A DNA stretch of 53,791 nt from a virus (Duplodnaviria > Caudoviricetes): the IMG/VR virus record IMGVR_UViG_3300048041_000085, positions 1 to 53,791 of that record, one strand, 5' to 3'. A program made the position numbers and the translations under genes. Below are positions 27,259 through 37,035 of this stretch, piece by piece (the stretch's first letter is position 1; every line of letters begins with the position of its first letter). The notes under the pieces were generated by a model. That model was not told the DNA's origin. It made no database searches and worked only from the letters and a program-made list of their open reading frames with translations.

Positions 27259-27558
27259 TCATAATGCATTCAATACCTGAATTTTTGAAAGATGGATGGT
27301 TATTACAAACATAAGGAATCGTGATTTACTTCTCGGTTCCTTTGTTTTTTTCAGAACATACAAGGAGGTGGGGTCCATCCATCTCCTAGTTCTCGAACTT
27401 AAACCTACGTAAAATTTCTCTAAAATACAACATAAATTCCATACAAAGTTATCTAAATTTTGACATAATCTTGCGTTAAAAGTGTCGTCTATCGCGAAAG
27501 GAATTGATTTGACATAGGATAAGTTTTGTTGCATATTCGGCTCGTAGATTAGTTTCAT
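27259..27558 (-). CDS. Hypothetical protein upstream of rep (possible leader/copy-control)
   Basis: Strong AAGGAGG SD before ATG. Confidence 0.4.
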   Translation of the reverse strand: MKLIYEPNMQQNLSYVKSIPFAIDDTFNARLCQNLDNFVWNLCCILEKFYVGLSSRTRRWMDPTSLYVLKKTKEPRSKSRFLMFVITIHLSKIQVLNAL

Positions 27559-27840
27559 TTTCGCCTCCTTGGCGATTTTTGATGAGTCTTATGGTTAATT
27601 TTAAGTAGTTACTTTTAAGTAGTTAATTTTAATCTTAATCTTGCTATCGGGTTTTCGTAGTCCCAGGTTTCATTCTAATGACAAAAGATTTCCGACGTCT
27701 TTTTCATCTTCTAATTAGTAGGGGTGCCTTCTGTAAAGGCGCCCCAAAAGTTTCAAAATCAATATTATCCTTTTTACCGTTTTTGTGGCGTTCTTGAAGT
27801 TAGAAATTTTCTAACTTTTTGACAAAGTAGAATAAGATTT

Positions 27841-27879
27841 GTTGCTTGCTGTTATCTAATTCGGGATGCAGCAAGCAAC
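27841..27879. terminator. Hairpin downstream of secreted-protein gene
   Basis: 11-bp perfect IR GTTGCTTGCTG/CAGCAAGCAAC. Confidence 0.5.
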
Positions 27880-27896
27880 GTTATATTAAATTAATT

Positions 27897-29174
27897 TTAG
27901 ACGACCACAAAATCATCAGCATCAGACACAGAGCCACTCATAGGCAAAGATGCATCTCTTGGTGGTATGCCAAGGCTAAATCTTAAATCCCTTTCAATAA
28001 ATGACCCTGAGGATGATGCAACTGAAACGTTATGCGAGCTTCCATTCGCCAGCATTTCTCCAATATTAAGAAAAGAAGCTCCTGGAATTCCACCAACAGA
28101 CGTTCCTGTAGACGCAAGTGATGAAACTTCGGAGTTAATATCATAATTTGCAAATCCTCCTGGAAAACCAGAAAGGCTAGAGATACGTGAGTTTCCGCCT
28201 CCATTCTTCGCTGCAAGAAGTGCCATCAATTCTTGGATTTGTTTTCTAGATTCATCATCTCTTCGCCTAGAGTCAGCTTCCGAAGCTAATCTAGCTTGTT
28301 CCATTTGATTTGACAGCTGAATAAATCTAGCTTCGGAGGCTAATCTATCTTGTTGCTCACGAGCAATGCTTTGTTGAAAAAGTGTTTCAACTTTTTCTGC
28401 AGATTCTGATCTAAGATCATTCATCATTTTTAAAAGACCGCTATTTTGTTCTCTTAAAATTTTCATTTCATCCGCAAAAACTCTTCTTTCTTCCGCTGCA
28501 ATCCTCGCTACCTCCAACGCAGTTACGTCTCTTCTTTCTTGATCAGCTTTTATCATTGAAAACAACTGTTGAGTTTGTTGTCTCAAATCTTCATTTGCAC
28601 TCAGTAAATCCATTCTCATGGTAGCCGTGGATAACTTTAAATCTGAAAGTTCTTTATTAACATTTAAAAGATCTTTCTTCATAAGAATCAAATCAGTTTC
28701 TAGGTTTTTAACCTTTTCATTGAGTTCATTTACCATAAAATAAAGAACTTTTACATGCTGATGATCTTCATCATATTTTGAGATTGAGGCTTTCCAGTCC
28801 TTATCAGTGGTTTGTTTGTTTTGCATAAAGGATGCAATTTTGTGCATGGATTCCTTCATAGTTTTCACTTCTTCGTCGGTTGCGGTTCTGCTAGAAAATC
28901 CGTTTTTACCGCCTGTTAGTAAAAACCATATCGCAGCTTCCGGTTTTGTAACTGAGATTTCATGCACATACTGCACGATAGTTGTCTTTGAGTTTTCAAA
29001 TTCATTCCACCACTGAGTTTGAAGGCTTTTATCTTGTCCGGATTTAGAAGAAGAATAGTGTTTCCCCGCTCTCATGGCTTCATCTCTGTCAGACTCAATA
29101 GGAGTAGGAATGGTTGCTCCTGCAATAGATGTTAAGATTGTCGAAAGAGCCAAAAATCTTGAAAGGTTTTTCAT
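27897..29174 (-). CDS. Secreted coiled-coil protein with C-terminal LIR/AIM-like motif (candidate eukaryote-targeted effector)
   Basis: Sec signal MKNLSRFLALSTILTSIAGA; long coiled coil; Ser/Gly-rich tail ending SVSDADDFVVV. Confidence 0.6.
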   Translation of the reverse strand: MKNLSRFLALSTILTSIAGATIPTPIESDRDEAMRAGKHYSSSKSGQDKSLQTQWWNEFENSKTTIVQYVHEISVTKPEAAIWFLLTGGKNGFSSRTATDEEVKTMKESMHKIASFMQNKQTTDKDWKASISKYDEDHQHVKVLYFMVNELNEKVKNLETDLILMKKDLLNVNKELSDLKLSTATMRMDLLSANEDLRQQTQQLFSMIKADQERRDVTALEVARIAAEERRVFADEMKILREQNSGLLKMMNDLRSESAEKVETLFQQSIAREQQDRLASEARFIQLSNQMEQARLASEADSRRRDDESRKQIQELMALLAAKNGGGNSRISSLSGFPGGFANYDINSEVSSLASTGTSVGGIPGASFLNIGEMLANGSSHNVSVASSSGSFIERDLRFSLGIPPRDASLPMSGSVSDADDFVVV

Positions 29175-29208
29175 TTTATTTCTCCAATAGTAAAGTTTTT
29201 TATTTTAT

Positions 29209-29406
29209 TTATCTAATAGTGCGGCTTGTAATGAACGATTCTAGATCACAAACCTTATATTTAACAGTTGTTCCAAGCTTTATATAAGGCAAACTATATT
29301 TTTTGCTAGTTGCCCATGCAGCTAATGTAGCTTCTTTTAGATCAAGGTATTCTGCCGCTTCTTTACGCGTAAGTAATTTTTCTTGTTTAAGACTGGATGT
29401 TAACAT
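29209..29406 (-). CDS. HTH_17 / excisionase-like DNA-binding protein
   Basis: LLTRKEAAEYL.LK..TL..W......LPYIKLG..VKY...DLESFI; probable start MLTSS at 29406. Confidence 0.85.
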   Translation of the reverse strand: MLTSSLKQEKLLTRKEAAEYLDLKEATLAAWATSKKYSLPYIKLGTTVKYKVCDLESFITSRTIR

Positions 29407-29579
29407 CAGTTTTCCTTTCCATAGTTCACCATACAATTTTATCGTATTATACGAAATCATAGTGGGACGCAATAACAAAAAATAATTCTTTCTTTCATCG
29501 AAAATATGTTAATGCTATTCTCATAAAAATTTGTGTAAAATATATTTAAATTTAGAGCAATAATTAAAAGGTAGTATGT

Positions 29580-31322
29580 ATGGCAACCAAAGATCTCATT
29601 TTTAGTGATGATGTACGTAATAAGATATTAGAAGGCGTCAGGAAAGCCGCAGATGCAATCACCTGTACACTTGGCCCAAAAGGTCGGCACGTGATTATAG
29701 AAAGAGCTGGAGAATCCCCCCGTATCACTAAAGACGGTGTTTCCGTTGCCAAAGAAGTTCACCTAGATGATCCTTTTGAAAACATGGGTGCGGAGCTTTT
29801 AGCTGAAGCTTGCGACAAAACCTGTAGAGATGCAGGGGATGGCACAACAACATCAAGCTTGTTGACCTATCATCTTGTCCGCGAAGGCGTGAAAGCGATT
29901 CAAATGGGGACGAATCCAGTTGATCTTAAGCGCGGAATGGAGCTTGCGATGAAGGATGTAATCAAATACATCAAAGCATTTTCAACGCCTATTTCTGAAG
30001 AAGACCCACACGGTAATTTAAAATCTATTGCTACGATTTCAGCCAATGGCGATGAAAATCTTGGAACAATGTTAACAGATGCCTTTAAAACCATTGGTAA
30101 TGATGGCTCTCTTATTTTAGTTGAAGGTAAAACTTTAGACACAACACTTGAATTTCAACAGGGTATTAATCTAGATTTTGGCTATGATCCTGACGCTATA
30201 AGTTCAATTACTCACCCTGATACGAAAACATGTGAATACAAAGACGCGTACATATTCTTTCATGACGCAGATTTTACCGAAGAAAAAATAAAATACTTTA
30301 TTGAAGCGATTAATCTTAAATCTCAAGAACAAAATTCCCTAATTCCTATTGTTGTTATTGCTCAGTCATTTAAAGGAAATAGCCTTTCCATCATTAATAT
30401 TAATAATGCTAAGCGTAGTACCCGGATTTGTCCTGTAAATCTTCCTCCCTTACAAGATGAAAAAAATTCCAGAAAACAACAATATGATTTTCTAAGTGAC
30501 TTCTGTGTTATTACCGGTGGTAAAATGATGGAACGTGAACAAGGGGACATGTTCAGTAAGCATATAGACACTTCCTATTTTGGACGTGCCGAATGTACTA
30601 TCGTTGGAAGGAATAAAATAACAATCATTGGCGGTAGAGGTGATGCTGACGCCATCGAATCACACAAACAAAACCTTATTAAGGAACTAGAAGAATACAA
30701 ACTAAGAGTTGATAAAGATGAGACTTATGAGCGTCATCTCACAACGCGTATTCAGCATTTTAGTCCCATGGCTCTTATTCGTGTCGGGGGTTCTACTGAT
30801 ACCGAAATATCAGAACGTAAAGACCGCGTTGAGGATGCTATGCACGCTACAAAGGCAGCAATGGATAGCGGATACGTACCAGGAGGTGGAATTGCCCTTC
30901 TCAGAGCCTCAGATGACCTTGTAATAGATGCTATCAATGAAGATGTAGAGATGGGTCAAAAGATTGTTAGAAAAGCTCTTAAAGCTCCTTTCACAAAGAT
31001 TCTTGATAATGCGGGTTATAATGCTGACAGTTGTTATGAGAAAATCTCTAAACCTCTTTCGATTAGACTTGATGTAAAAGATCACAAAATTGCAGATAAA
31101 ACTATCATTTTGGAAGACATCAAACAATTGTTTACCGGTATTGACGCAAACACAGGTGAAGTTTGTCATATGATTAATGAAGGCATCCTTGATCCTACCA
31201 ATGTTGTTATAGCGTGCGTTCAAAATGCTGTTTCAATTGCGGGATTACTACTAACAACTGAAACAATGGTTAGTTACCATGATAGAACACCAAACCCAAT
31301 AGCAGGATTGAAATTTAAATAG
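29580..31322 (+). CDS. groEL: Chaperonin GroEL (Cpn60), divergent apical domain, no GGM tail
   Basis: TLGPKGR, ITKDGVSVAKE, AGDGTTT, IATISANGD, KDRVEDA..AT.AA, VPGGG, GILDP. Confidence 0.97.
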   Translation: MATKDLIFSDDVRNKILEGVRKAADAITCTLGPKGRHVIIERAGESPRITKDGVSVAKEVHLDDPFENMGAELLAEACDKTCRDAGDGTTTSSLLTYHLVREGVKAIQMGTNPVDLKRGMELAMKDVIKYIKAFSTPISEEDPHGNLKSIATISANGDENLGTMLTDAFKTIGNDGSLILVEGKTLDTTLEFQQGINLDFGYDPDAISSITHPDTKTCEYKDAYIFFHDADFTEEKIKYFIEAINLKSQEQNSLIPIVVIAQSFKGNSLSIININNAKRSTRICPVNLPPLQDEKNSRKQQYDFLSDFCVITGGKMMEREQGDMFSKHIDTSYFGRAECTIVGRNKITIIGGRGDADAIESHKQNLIKELEEYKLRVDKDETYERHLTTRIQHFSPMALIRVGGSTDTEISERKDRVEDAMHATKAAMDSGYVPGGGIALLRASDDLVIDAINEDVEMGQKIVRKALKAPFTKILDNAGYNADSCYEKISKPLSIRLDVKDHKIADKTIILEDIKQLFTGIDANTGEVCHMINEGILDPTNVVIACVQNAVSIAGLLLTTETMVSYHDRTPNPIAGLKFK

Positions 31323-31333
31323 GAGAAAAGATT

Positions 31334-31528
31334 ATGTTAAAAGTCGATGAACTCTTGCTAAAATGTCTAGAGCTAACAAAAACGGATGCTTACACACGTA
31401 ATACAACGATGTGGTGTCAAGCAGCCGATAGTCTTTATATTTTTATTAAAACAAAAAAAGAGGCTGAAATTGAAGTTTTACGAGAAATGATAAAACAAAC
31501 AGCTTCAGTGGAATCTGGTGAATCATGA
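31334..31528 (+). CDS. Hypothetical protein
   Basis: AGGAG SD; follows groEL. Confidence 0.55.
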   Translation: MLKVDELLLKCLELTKTDAYTRNTTMWCQAADSLYIFIKTKKEAEIEVLREMIKQTASVESGES

Positions 31529-31725
31529 TTATGGGACATATTCGAATTGTCATAATCTCTCTGGGTTTAGCTTGTCTTATTACATTGATTAGTATTTTAT
31601 TCGGGGTAAAAGATTCACCTCTAGAAGAATTTGCAGAAGCTATTATTCAAACTGAAACTGGGATTAATGTAAAACCATTGGTTGATGGTTTAGAAGCAAA
31701 GCTTGAGCCTGAAAAAAATGATTGA
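31525..31725 (+). CDS. Single-TM membrane protein
   Basis: Hydrophobic N-terminus then DSPLEEFAEAII. Confidence 0.6.
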   Translation: MIMGHIRIVIISLGLACLITLISILFGVKDSPLEEFAEAIIQTETGINVKPLVDGLEAKLEPEKND

Positions 31726-31839
31726 GATAATAAATACTATATGCAAGGCGTCGATTATGATATCTGTGCCAATAACTATTACAATTTATTATTTATATTG
31801 GTTATGGAATTTATCTGAATAGGGTTAAAATTATCGAAA

Positions 31840-31880
31840 CAACATCACTTTGACATCATCTTGCTATCAATATGAATGAA
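31840..31880. repeat. Third 11-bp-period box array (intergenic, convergent region)
   Basis: CAACATCA 31840, TGACATCA 31851, TGCTATCA 31862, TGAATGAA 31873. Confidence 0.55.
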
Positions 31881-32016
31881 GTTTGAAAAAACATTAGTAT
31901 TGATCTTATAATTATGTTAAATTTTAATTAATTAATTGTCTCGGAACTACAATTAATTGTGATCTTTCCAAAAAATAAAACTTGATATCTCCATTCACCC
32001 TTAACAACCTCATTTG

Positions 32017-34200
32017 TTAAGGGTGTTTTTTATCCTTCTCATTCGTATTTTCTCTCAAAACTTGTCGCACTGACGGATTCTGTAACAGATGATCAAGGGC
32101 TCTTACTTTCTGGTTGTGAGACCGTGCTGTTATTAAGCGATCAATCCATTTAACAACAGTTTGGTTTGTCCACATTTTAGCTGTTCCTTGCTTAAGCAAA
32201 TACCCCCCAACAGCAGATGCAATAGGCGTTATATTTCCTGTAAAAGCAGCAAAACCCGCTGTTCCAAGTGCAGTAGATTGATTTATTACATGCTGAGTAT
32301 GGGCAGTGCCAGAGGTGTTGGCTAACTCTCCAAAACGTTCTTTATTCTTTCCAATATATTTTAAGGCCTGAGTAAAATTACGGCGCTCAACGGGTGAAAA
32401 CCCTTTTAAGTTTGCCTCTAAAACATGATCATCTAAAGTAGATAATTTTGCATGAGCTTTAAAGATATTAAACTTGCCATTATCTTTGCCAAAATCAGAG
32501 ATGATAGCTTCCGTTAAATGACGTTGTTTCTCTTTGGGTAACCCATTCATAACAAGCGTTGCATATCTGGGGTTTGTGCTTGTTAACTTCTTAAATGCGA
32601 CGACATCATCAGGTGCTCCTTGGATTTCTGTCATTAAATGAAAAATACTCTTGTTACTTTCTTTTTTACTTTTAAATTTAGTATAAAATCTATTAGCCTT
32701 AAGATACGCTTCTACTTCTTCAGGCGTTCCAAGTCCTTCCATAATCTTTTCACGTGCATTTGCAAATTTACTATAAGTTGCAAAATCTTCAGGATTGCCA
32801 AATCTATTTTGTCTTGTAAGAGCTTCATTCCTTAATTGTTCGAATTCACCATAGGGAATGTCATACTTCGTAGGTTTATTTTGAACATGCGAACCAGCTT
32901 CTTTTATTGCCCTTTCAATAACATCATCACGATAATTTTGTTTTTTTAGTTCGGCTGTCGTCTTAGCAATTAAATCTGATTCTTTCGGCCTATGACTATC
33001 AGCATGCTCCTCAATTTCTTTTTTAAAATAACCAGCTGATGTTTTATTAAACTTCCTTATAGCGGGCTGACTTTTTAGGGGTTGTTGCTCTTTCATAAGC
33101 TCTTTGTGCAATTCAGATATATCAACAAGATGATGACCTTTAAGGGCAGCTTGTTCTTTCGCTACTATTGGCTCTTTTAATTTCTCAAAAGTTCGACTAA
33201 TTAAATCTTCATAACCTCTAGCACCTTCTTTAGCTAATTCCTTTGAAATCTGTTTATGATTTTCTAAGGGTTCTAATTCTGTCTTTCCTAAAGATCTAGC
33301 AAAAGCAGTATTCCTCTTATGTTTGTATTTATCCATAACAGAAGAACCACCAATATCTTTACCTAAGAGCAGATCGACATAAGTTGGGATTTTACTCTTA
33401 GTTACATCGCTTACAGACATAGGGATACCTAAGTCTTTAAGATCATTGAAAGTAGTACTATTATGGCCTCGAACATAATGAGGTAACGTCGTTGCTCCAC
33501 GGCCCACTCCACCCCCTACCACAGAACCAAGTACACCCGCTCCAATTGTACCTAGTATGCCTGGATCCTCTGCATTTTCACTGTAATACTTCGATGCTGT
33601 CGAAGCCCCGACATTTGCACCTACTTTTGGAGCCGTTAATTCATAAGGTTTGAATTTAGCATTAGCAACTTTTCTTATAGGAGATTGTGCAAGCTTCGGA
33701 ACTGCTTTGGTTAATCCTTTAGCTGCTGTTGATGTTAACGAAGCCCCACCCGTTACAGGAGCTAAAGCAATAGGGGCTAACCCCTCGCCAATAGTGTCAA
33801 TCCATTCTTCTGTTTTATTGCGCGGCTTTAATCTATCGCCCGTAAGTGTATCAATTCCAGATTGAACAGCACGTGAGGGAGATGGATAAAATTCAGGTGT
33901 TTCTTTAAGACCAGCTGCGTGTAATCCTAATGCTGGAAGGTTAGGAATATCACCTATACTTGCAAGACCCGTGGCAAGTATTCGTCCTGTCCTACCAACC
34001 TGACGTACTCCCTCTTGGCCTAATTCCAGCAAAGATCTCGACTTCTCTACAGGTTCGGCTTTTCCTTCAATTTCTGCAGCAATCTGTTTCTTTCTTTCCT
34101 CTATCTTTGCTTGAATAAGAGAGTGCCTAATCTCACGTTTACGCTCTGCAATAGCTTGAACTATTTGTTCTTTGCTTAATCTTACTTGTTCATTAGGCAT
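32017..34200 (-). CDS. DNA ejection / internal virion protein
   Basis: Large helical protein with Gly-rich hydrophobic segments and NTSGTA motif; last gene of tail operon. Confidence 0.65.
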   Translation of the reverse strand: MPNEQVRLSKEQIVQAIAERKREIRHSLIQAKIEERKKQIAAEIEGKAEPVEKSRSLLELGQEGVRQVGRTGRILATGLASIGDIPNLPALGLHAAGLKETPEFYPSPSRAVQSGIDTLTGDRLKPRNKTEEWIDTIGEGLAPIALAPVTGGASLTSTAAKGLTKAVPKLAQSPIRKVANAKFKPYELTAPKVGANVGASTASKYYSENAEDPGILGTIGAGVLGSVVGGGVGRGATTLPHYVRGHNSTTFNDLKDLGIPMSVSDVTKSKIPTYVDLLLGKDIGGSSVMDKYKHKRNTAFARSLGKTELEPLENHKQISKELAKEGARGYEDLISRTFEKLKEPIVAKEQAALKGHHLVDISELHKELMKEQQPLKSQPAIRKFNKTSAGYFKKEIEEHADSHRPKESDLIAKTTAELKKQNYRDDVIERAIKEAGSHVQNKPTKYDIPYGEFEQLRNEALTRQNRFGNPEDFATYSKFANAREKIMEGLGTPEEVEAYLKANRFYTKFKSKKESNKSIFHLMTEIQGAPDDVVAFKKLTSTNPRYATLVMNGLPKEKQRHLTEAIISDFGKDNGKFNIFKAHAKLSTLDDHVLEANLKGFSPVERRNFTQALKYIGKNKERFGELANTSGTAHTQHVINQSTALGTAGFAAFTGNITPIASAVGGYLLKQGTAKMWTNQTVVKWIDRLITARSHNQKVRALDHLLQNPSVRQVLRENTNEKDKKHP

Positions 34201-37030
34201 GTAATTGTGCCTCTAATTTTTGAATAATAGGATCATTTACATAAGCACTTTCTATATCTAGACCAACCGGCTGTTCAGCTGTCTTTTCAGATGCTTTACC
34301 AGCTATTTCTACAGGAGCTGTCGTTACTTCTCCAAGATTAAACTGAGAATTATTTTTTTGAAATTCATAAAGAGAATCTTTAGGGGAAATGCCCTTTTTA
34401 TAATTTTCATTTATCAATGCGGAAAGCTCAGCTTGTTTTTCAAGTTCTTTTATCTTTCCTTCAATGACGCTATTTATCGCTTTTTTATCCATATTTCTAG
34501 TAGGGCCGCCCTTTCCAAATATAGACGCGGATAAAACATCAAATTCTTCTTTATCAGCTTTTGTGCCTTTCCCTGTATATTTACTTGAAAATAGCCCTGT
34601 TGACATCTTAGAAACTAAGTCTTTAAGTTTTTTTAAATCACCTATCTCAGAAGTTGCCTTTAAAAGATTATCATTGGTTTTTTTGAATAATGCTTTATCG
34701 ACCTCATCTATCTTAGGCGCTGTTTGAGAGGCCACCGTGTTTTTTCGGTTTAAAATATCACTTTTAAGTTTTAAAATCTTATCTCTATACTTTTCATCCC
34801 GCTCTATCTTCTTTAACATTTGATCCTCTTTGCGAGAATCATTTGCAATTTGATAATCAGCCATTAATGATTGTAATTGTCTTTGTTCAGCCTTATCTTT
34901 CGAAGCTTCTCTTTGACCCGCACTTTCTTTATAAGCAGAGGCTACACGACCTAAAGTATTATCGCCGCCAACACTAGAGACACCGACCATGAAATCATTC
35001 ATCATTTGTGCCATCGGATTTTCAGTACGCGGTTGTTGTCTTTGAGCTAAATGATTCTTTAAATTATCCTTCTCTTTAAATGCGGCTGCTTGATCTGCAC
35101 CTGCTTGAATAGGATCAACAGCACCACCTGCATTATATTTACGACGTTTCCCTATTTTTGTTTGGGAAATATCCATGGCATTCCCTTTATTGATCAATCT
35201 CTTAAGCTCATACAAAGGGCTGCTATGCTCAATAACGGCATTATCAACCGCTTCACCAATCACGCCACCTTGTGCCTTTTTGACATGAACAATGCCACCT
35301 TTTTTACGGAATAATTGATTGGCGCCCATATTCATCATACCCGCACCCATTTGTTGATTTATATTAGGACGGGAAATCGGAGGCTGAATATTCGCACGTG
35401 TTTGAAAGGCAGTAGGAACTTGAGGCATTCTCGATTTAATATTCATGCCTTTAACCATAGATTCGTAAGAATGCTCTTTCGCTCGATTCGCCTCATCAAA
35501 ATTTTCATTAAGAACTTGTTGCTCACGCTCTCTGTTTACTTCACCTTGAGTTTTTAAATGCCAGATAAACTTCTCTTTCTCATTCTCCTCATTTTGATGT
35601 TGTTGAGCTAAGAAATGAGAGGCTCGTTCTTCATCGCCCCTTTCTTGAGTGGCATTTTTAGAGGCTATCTCTCCTAGATTAGCATGATGACCTAAATAAT
35701 TTTGGCCAGCTTGTAGAGCTGTTCTATTGTTCTCTAGGATAGCTTCCCTGATAGATCTTTGTTTGCCCTTCTCATGCTCTGCGGTTGCCCGTTCTAGAGC
35801 TTTACCGACAGCCCCATATTTAGCCGGTCCAATCTTGTTGACTCTTTCAATGCGGGGTAGATATTCTTCTTTGAATTTCTTGTCCATATCTTCGTTGATA
35901 TGCGCGATCTTCTCCATAACATCTTTATCTAATTGGCCTTTAAAGACATCAAGGGGATTACCCGCCGATCTATTTAAATAAGGGGCAGCAACTGCTGATT
36001 GTTTCGGTAAATTTGATAAAGCTTCAATTCTCTTTCTTTGACCTTCATGATGGGCTAAATTCTTAATAGAAGAAGGAGAATTTTCGCGTATGTTCTCCAT
36101 CGCGAGTTTTTCTAAAGGATCACGTTCCGCTATACGATTCCCTGTATAAGGTTTATAAGGTTTGCTCATCTCATCTATGGTTTTTTCTAGCATGGCATGC
36201 TGAAACTGTTGTTCAGCCGGTGTACCATGGGATTGTTCTAAAGCAACTTGATGCGCAAAGGCCGGTAATTCTTTTACATAAGATTTGATAGGTTTTGTTT
36301 CTGCTGCATTTTTATCTATTTCAGCACGGGCTTCTTCTTGTGCCGCTGCATCAGGATTTAGAGCATCTCTAAATACTTTTTCTTCATGAGCGCGTTTTAG
36401 TTCTTCCTCGGTATTATGGGTCGATGCTTTTTTAGCTTTCGTTTCCTCAATGAATTTCTTGTATTCTCTATTAGCAGTCTTAAACTTAGGTCTATCGCTA
36501 TAATTTAACTTACTCCTAAGGTCTGCGTTATTTATATTGCCTTTATCTTCTTGTCTCGGAAGAAATTTTAATAATTCTTCTGTTGGTACGTCATCTTCTA
36601 AAATACCTTTAGTTTTAATATCATCAAGAAGGTTCTGTTTTCCAGGCTTTATCGTCCCATCTTTATTAAAAATATCGTGCAAAATTTTATTTTTAATATA
36701 AGTTCTTGGGTTGGCTTTTGCCCTCCTTGTTAGTTCATCCAAATATTGATTTATATCCGGATAGTCAGCAAACAGCATATTAGGATAATAAGGTTCTATC
36801 TGATCTGGTGTTTCTGCACTATATACAGCCCTTATTTGAGCCTGTCTTTCATCCTTACTTATGTGCCTATTCATCCTTATAAGTTTAATTATGTGTGACT
36901 TTGCAGCATCAAAAGCATTTTTACGATTAGGATTTAAAGTATCAGGTAATTCTCCTGCAAAACGCGGATTGGTTGCCCGTGTAAAACTCTTAGGGATTCT
37001 AAACTCCCCTTTTTTGTAAGCGCTTGGCAT
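34193..37030 (-). CDS. DNA ejection / internal virion protein
   Basis: 945 aa helical; PYKPYTGNRIA, KKGG/AQGG/AGG motifs. Confidence 0.65.
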   Translation of the reverse strand: MPSAYKKGEFRIPKSFTRATNPRFAGELPDTLNPNRKNAFDAAKSHIIKLIRMNRHISKDERQAQIRAVYSAETPDQIEPYYPNMLFADYPDINQYLDELTRRAKANPRTYIKNKILHDIFNKDGTIKPGKQNLLDDIKTKGILEDDVPTEELLKFLPRQEDKGNINNADLRSKLNYSDRPKFKTANREYKKFIEETKAKKASTHNTEEELKRAHEEKVFRDALNPDAAAQEEARAEIDKNAAETKPIKSYVKELPAFAHQVALEQSHGTPAEQQFQHAMLEKTIDEMSKPYKPYTGNRIAERDPLEKLAMENIRENSPSSIKNLAHHEGQRKRIEALSNLPKQSAVAAPYLNRSAGNPLDVFKGQLDKDVMEKIAHINEDMDKKFKEEYLPRIERVNKIGPAKYGAVGKALERATAEHEKGKQRSIREAILENNRTALQAGQNYLGHHANLGEIASKNATQERGDEERASHFLAQQHQNEENEKEKFIWHLKTQGEVNREREQQVLNENFDEANRAKEHSYESMVKGMNIKSRMPQVPTAFQTRANIQPPISRPNINQQMGAGMMNMGANQLFRKKGGIVHVKKAQGGVIGEAVDNAVIEHSSPLYELKRLINKGNAMDISQTKIGKRRKYNAGGAVDPIQAGADQAAAFKEKDNLKNHLAQRQQPRTENPMAQMMNDFMVGVSSVGGDNTLGRVASAYKESAGQREASKDKAEQRQLQSLMADYQIANDSRKEDQMLKKIERDEKYRDKILKLKSDILNRKNTVASQTAPKIDEVDKALFKKTNDNLLKATSEIGDLKKLKDLVSKMSTGLFSSKYTGKGTKADKEEFDVLSASIFGKGGPTRNMDKKAINSVIEGKIKELEKQAELSALINENYKKGISPKDSLYEFQKNNSQFNLGEVTTAPVEIAGKASEKTAEQPVGLDIESAYVNDPIIQKLEAQLHA

Positions 37031-37035
37031 ATAAA

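Noticed and set aside
29580-31322. Host chromosomal groEL misassembled into the contig
   Set aside because: Lacks the GGM tail and adjacent groES, has a highly diverged apical domain, and is flanked by phage-type genes within a circular contig
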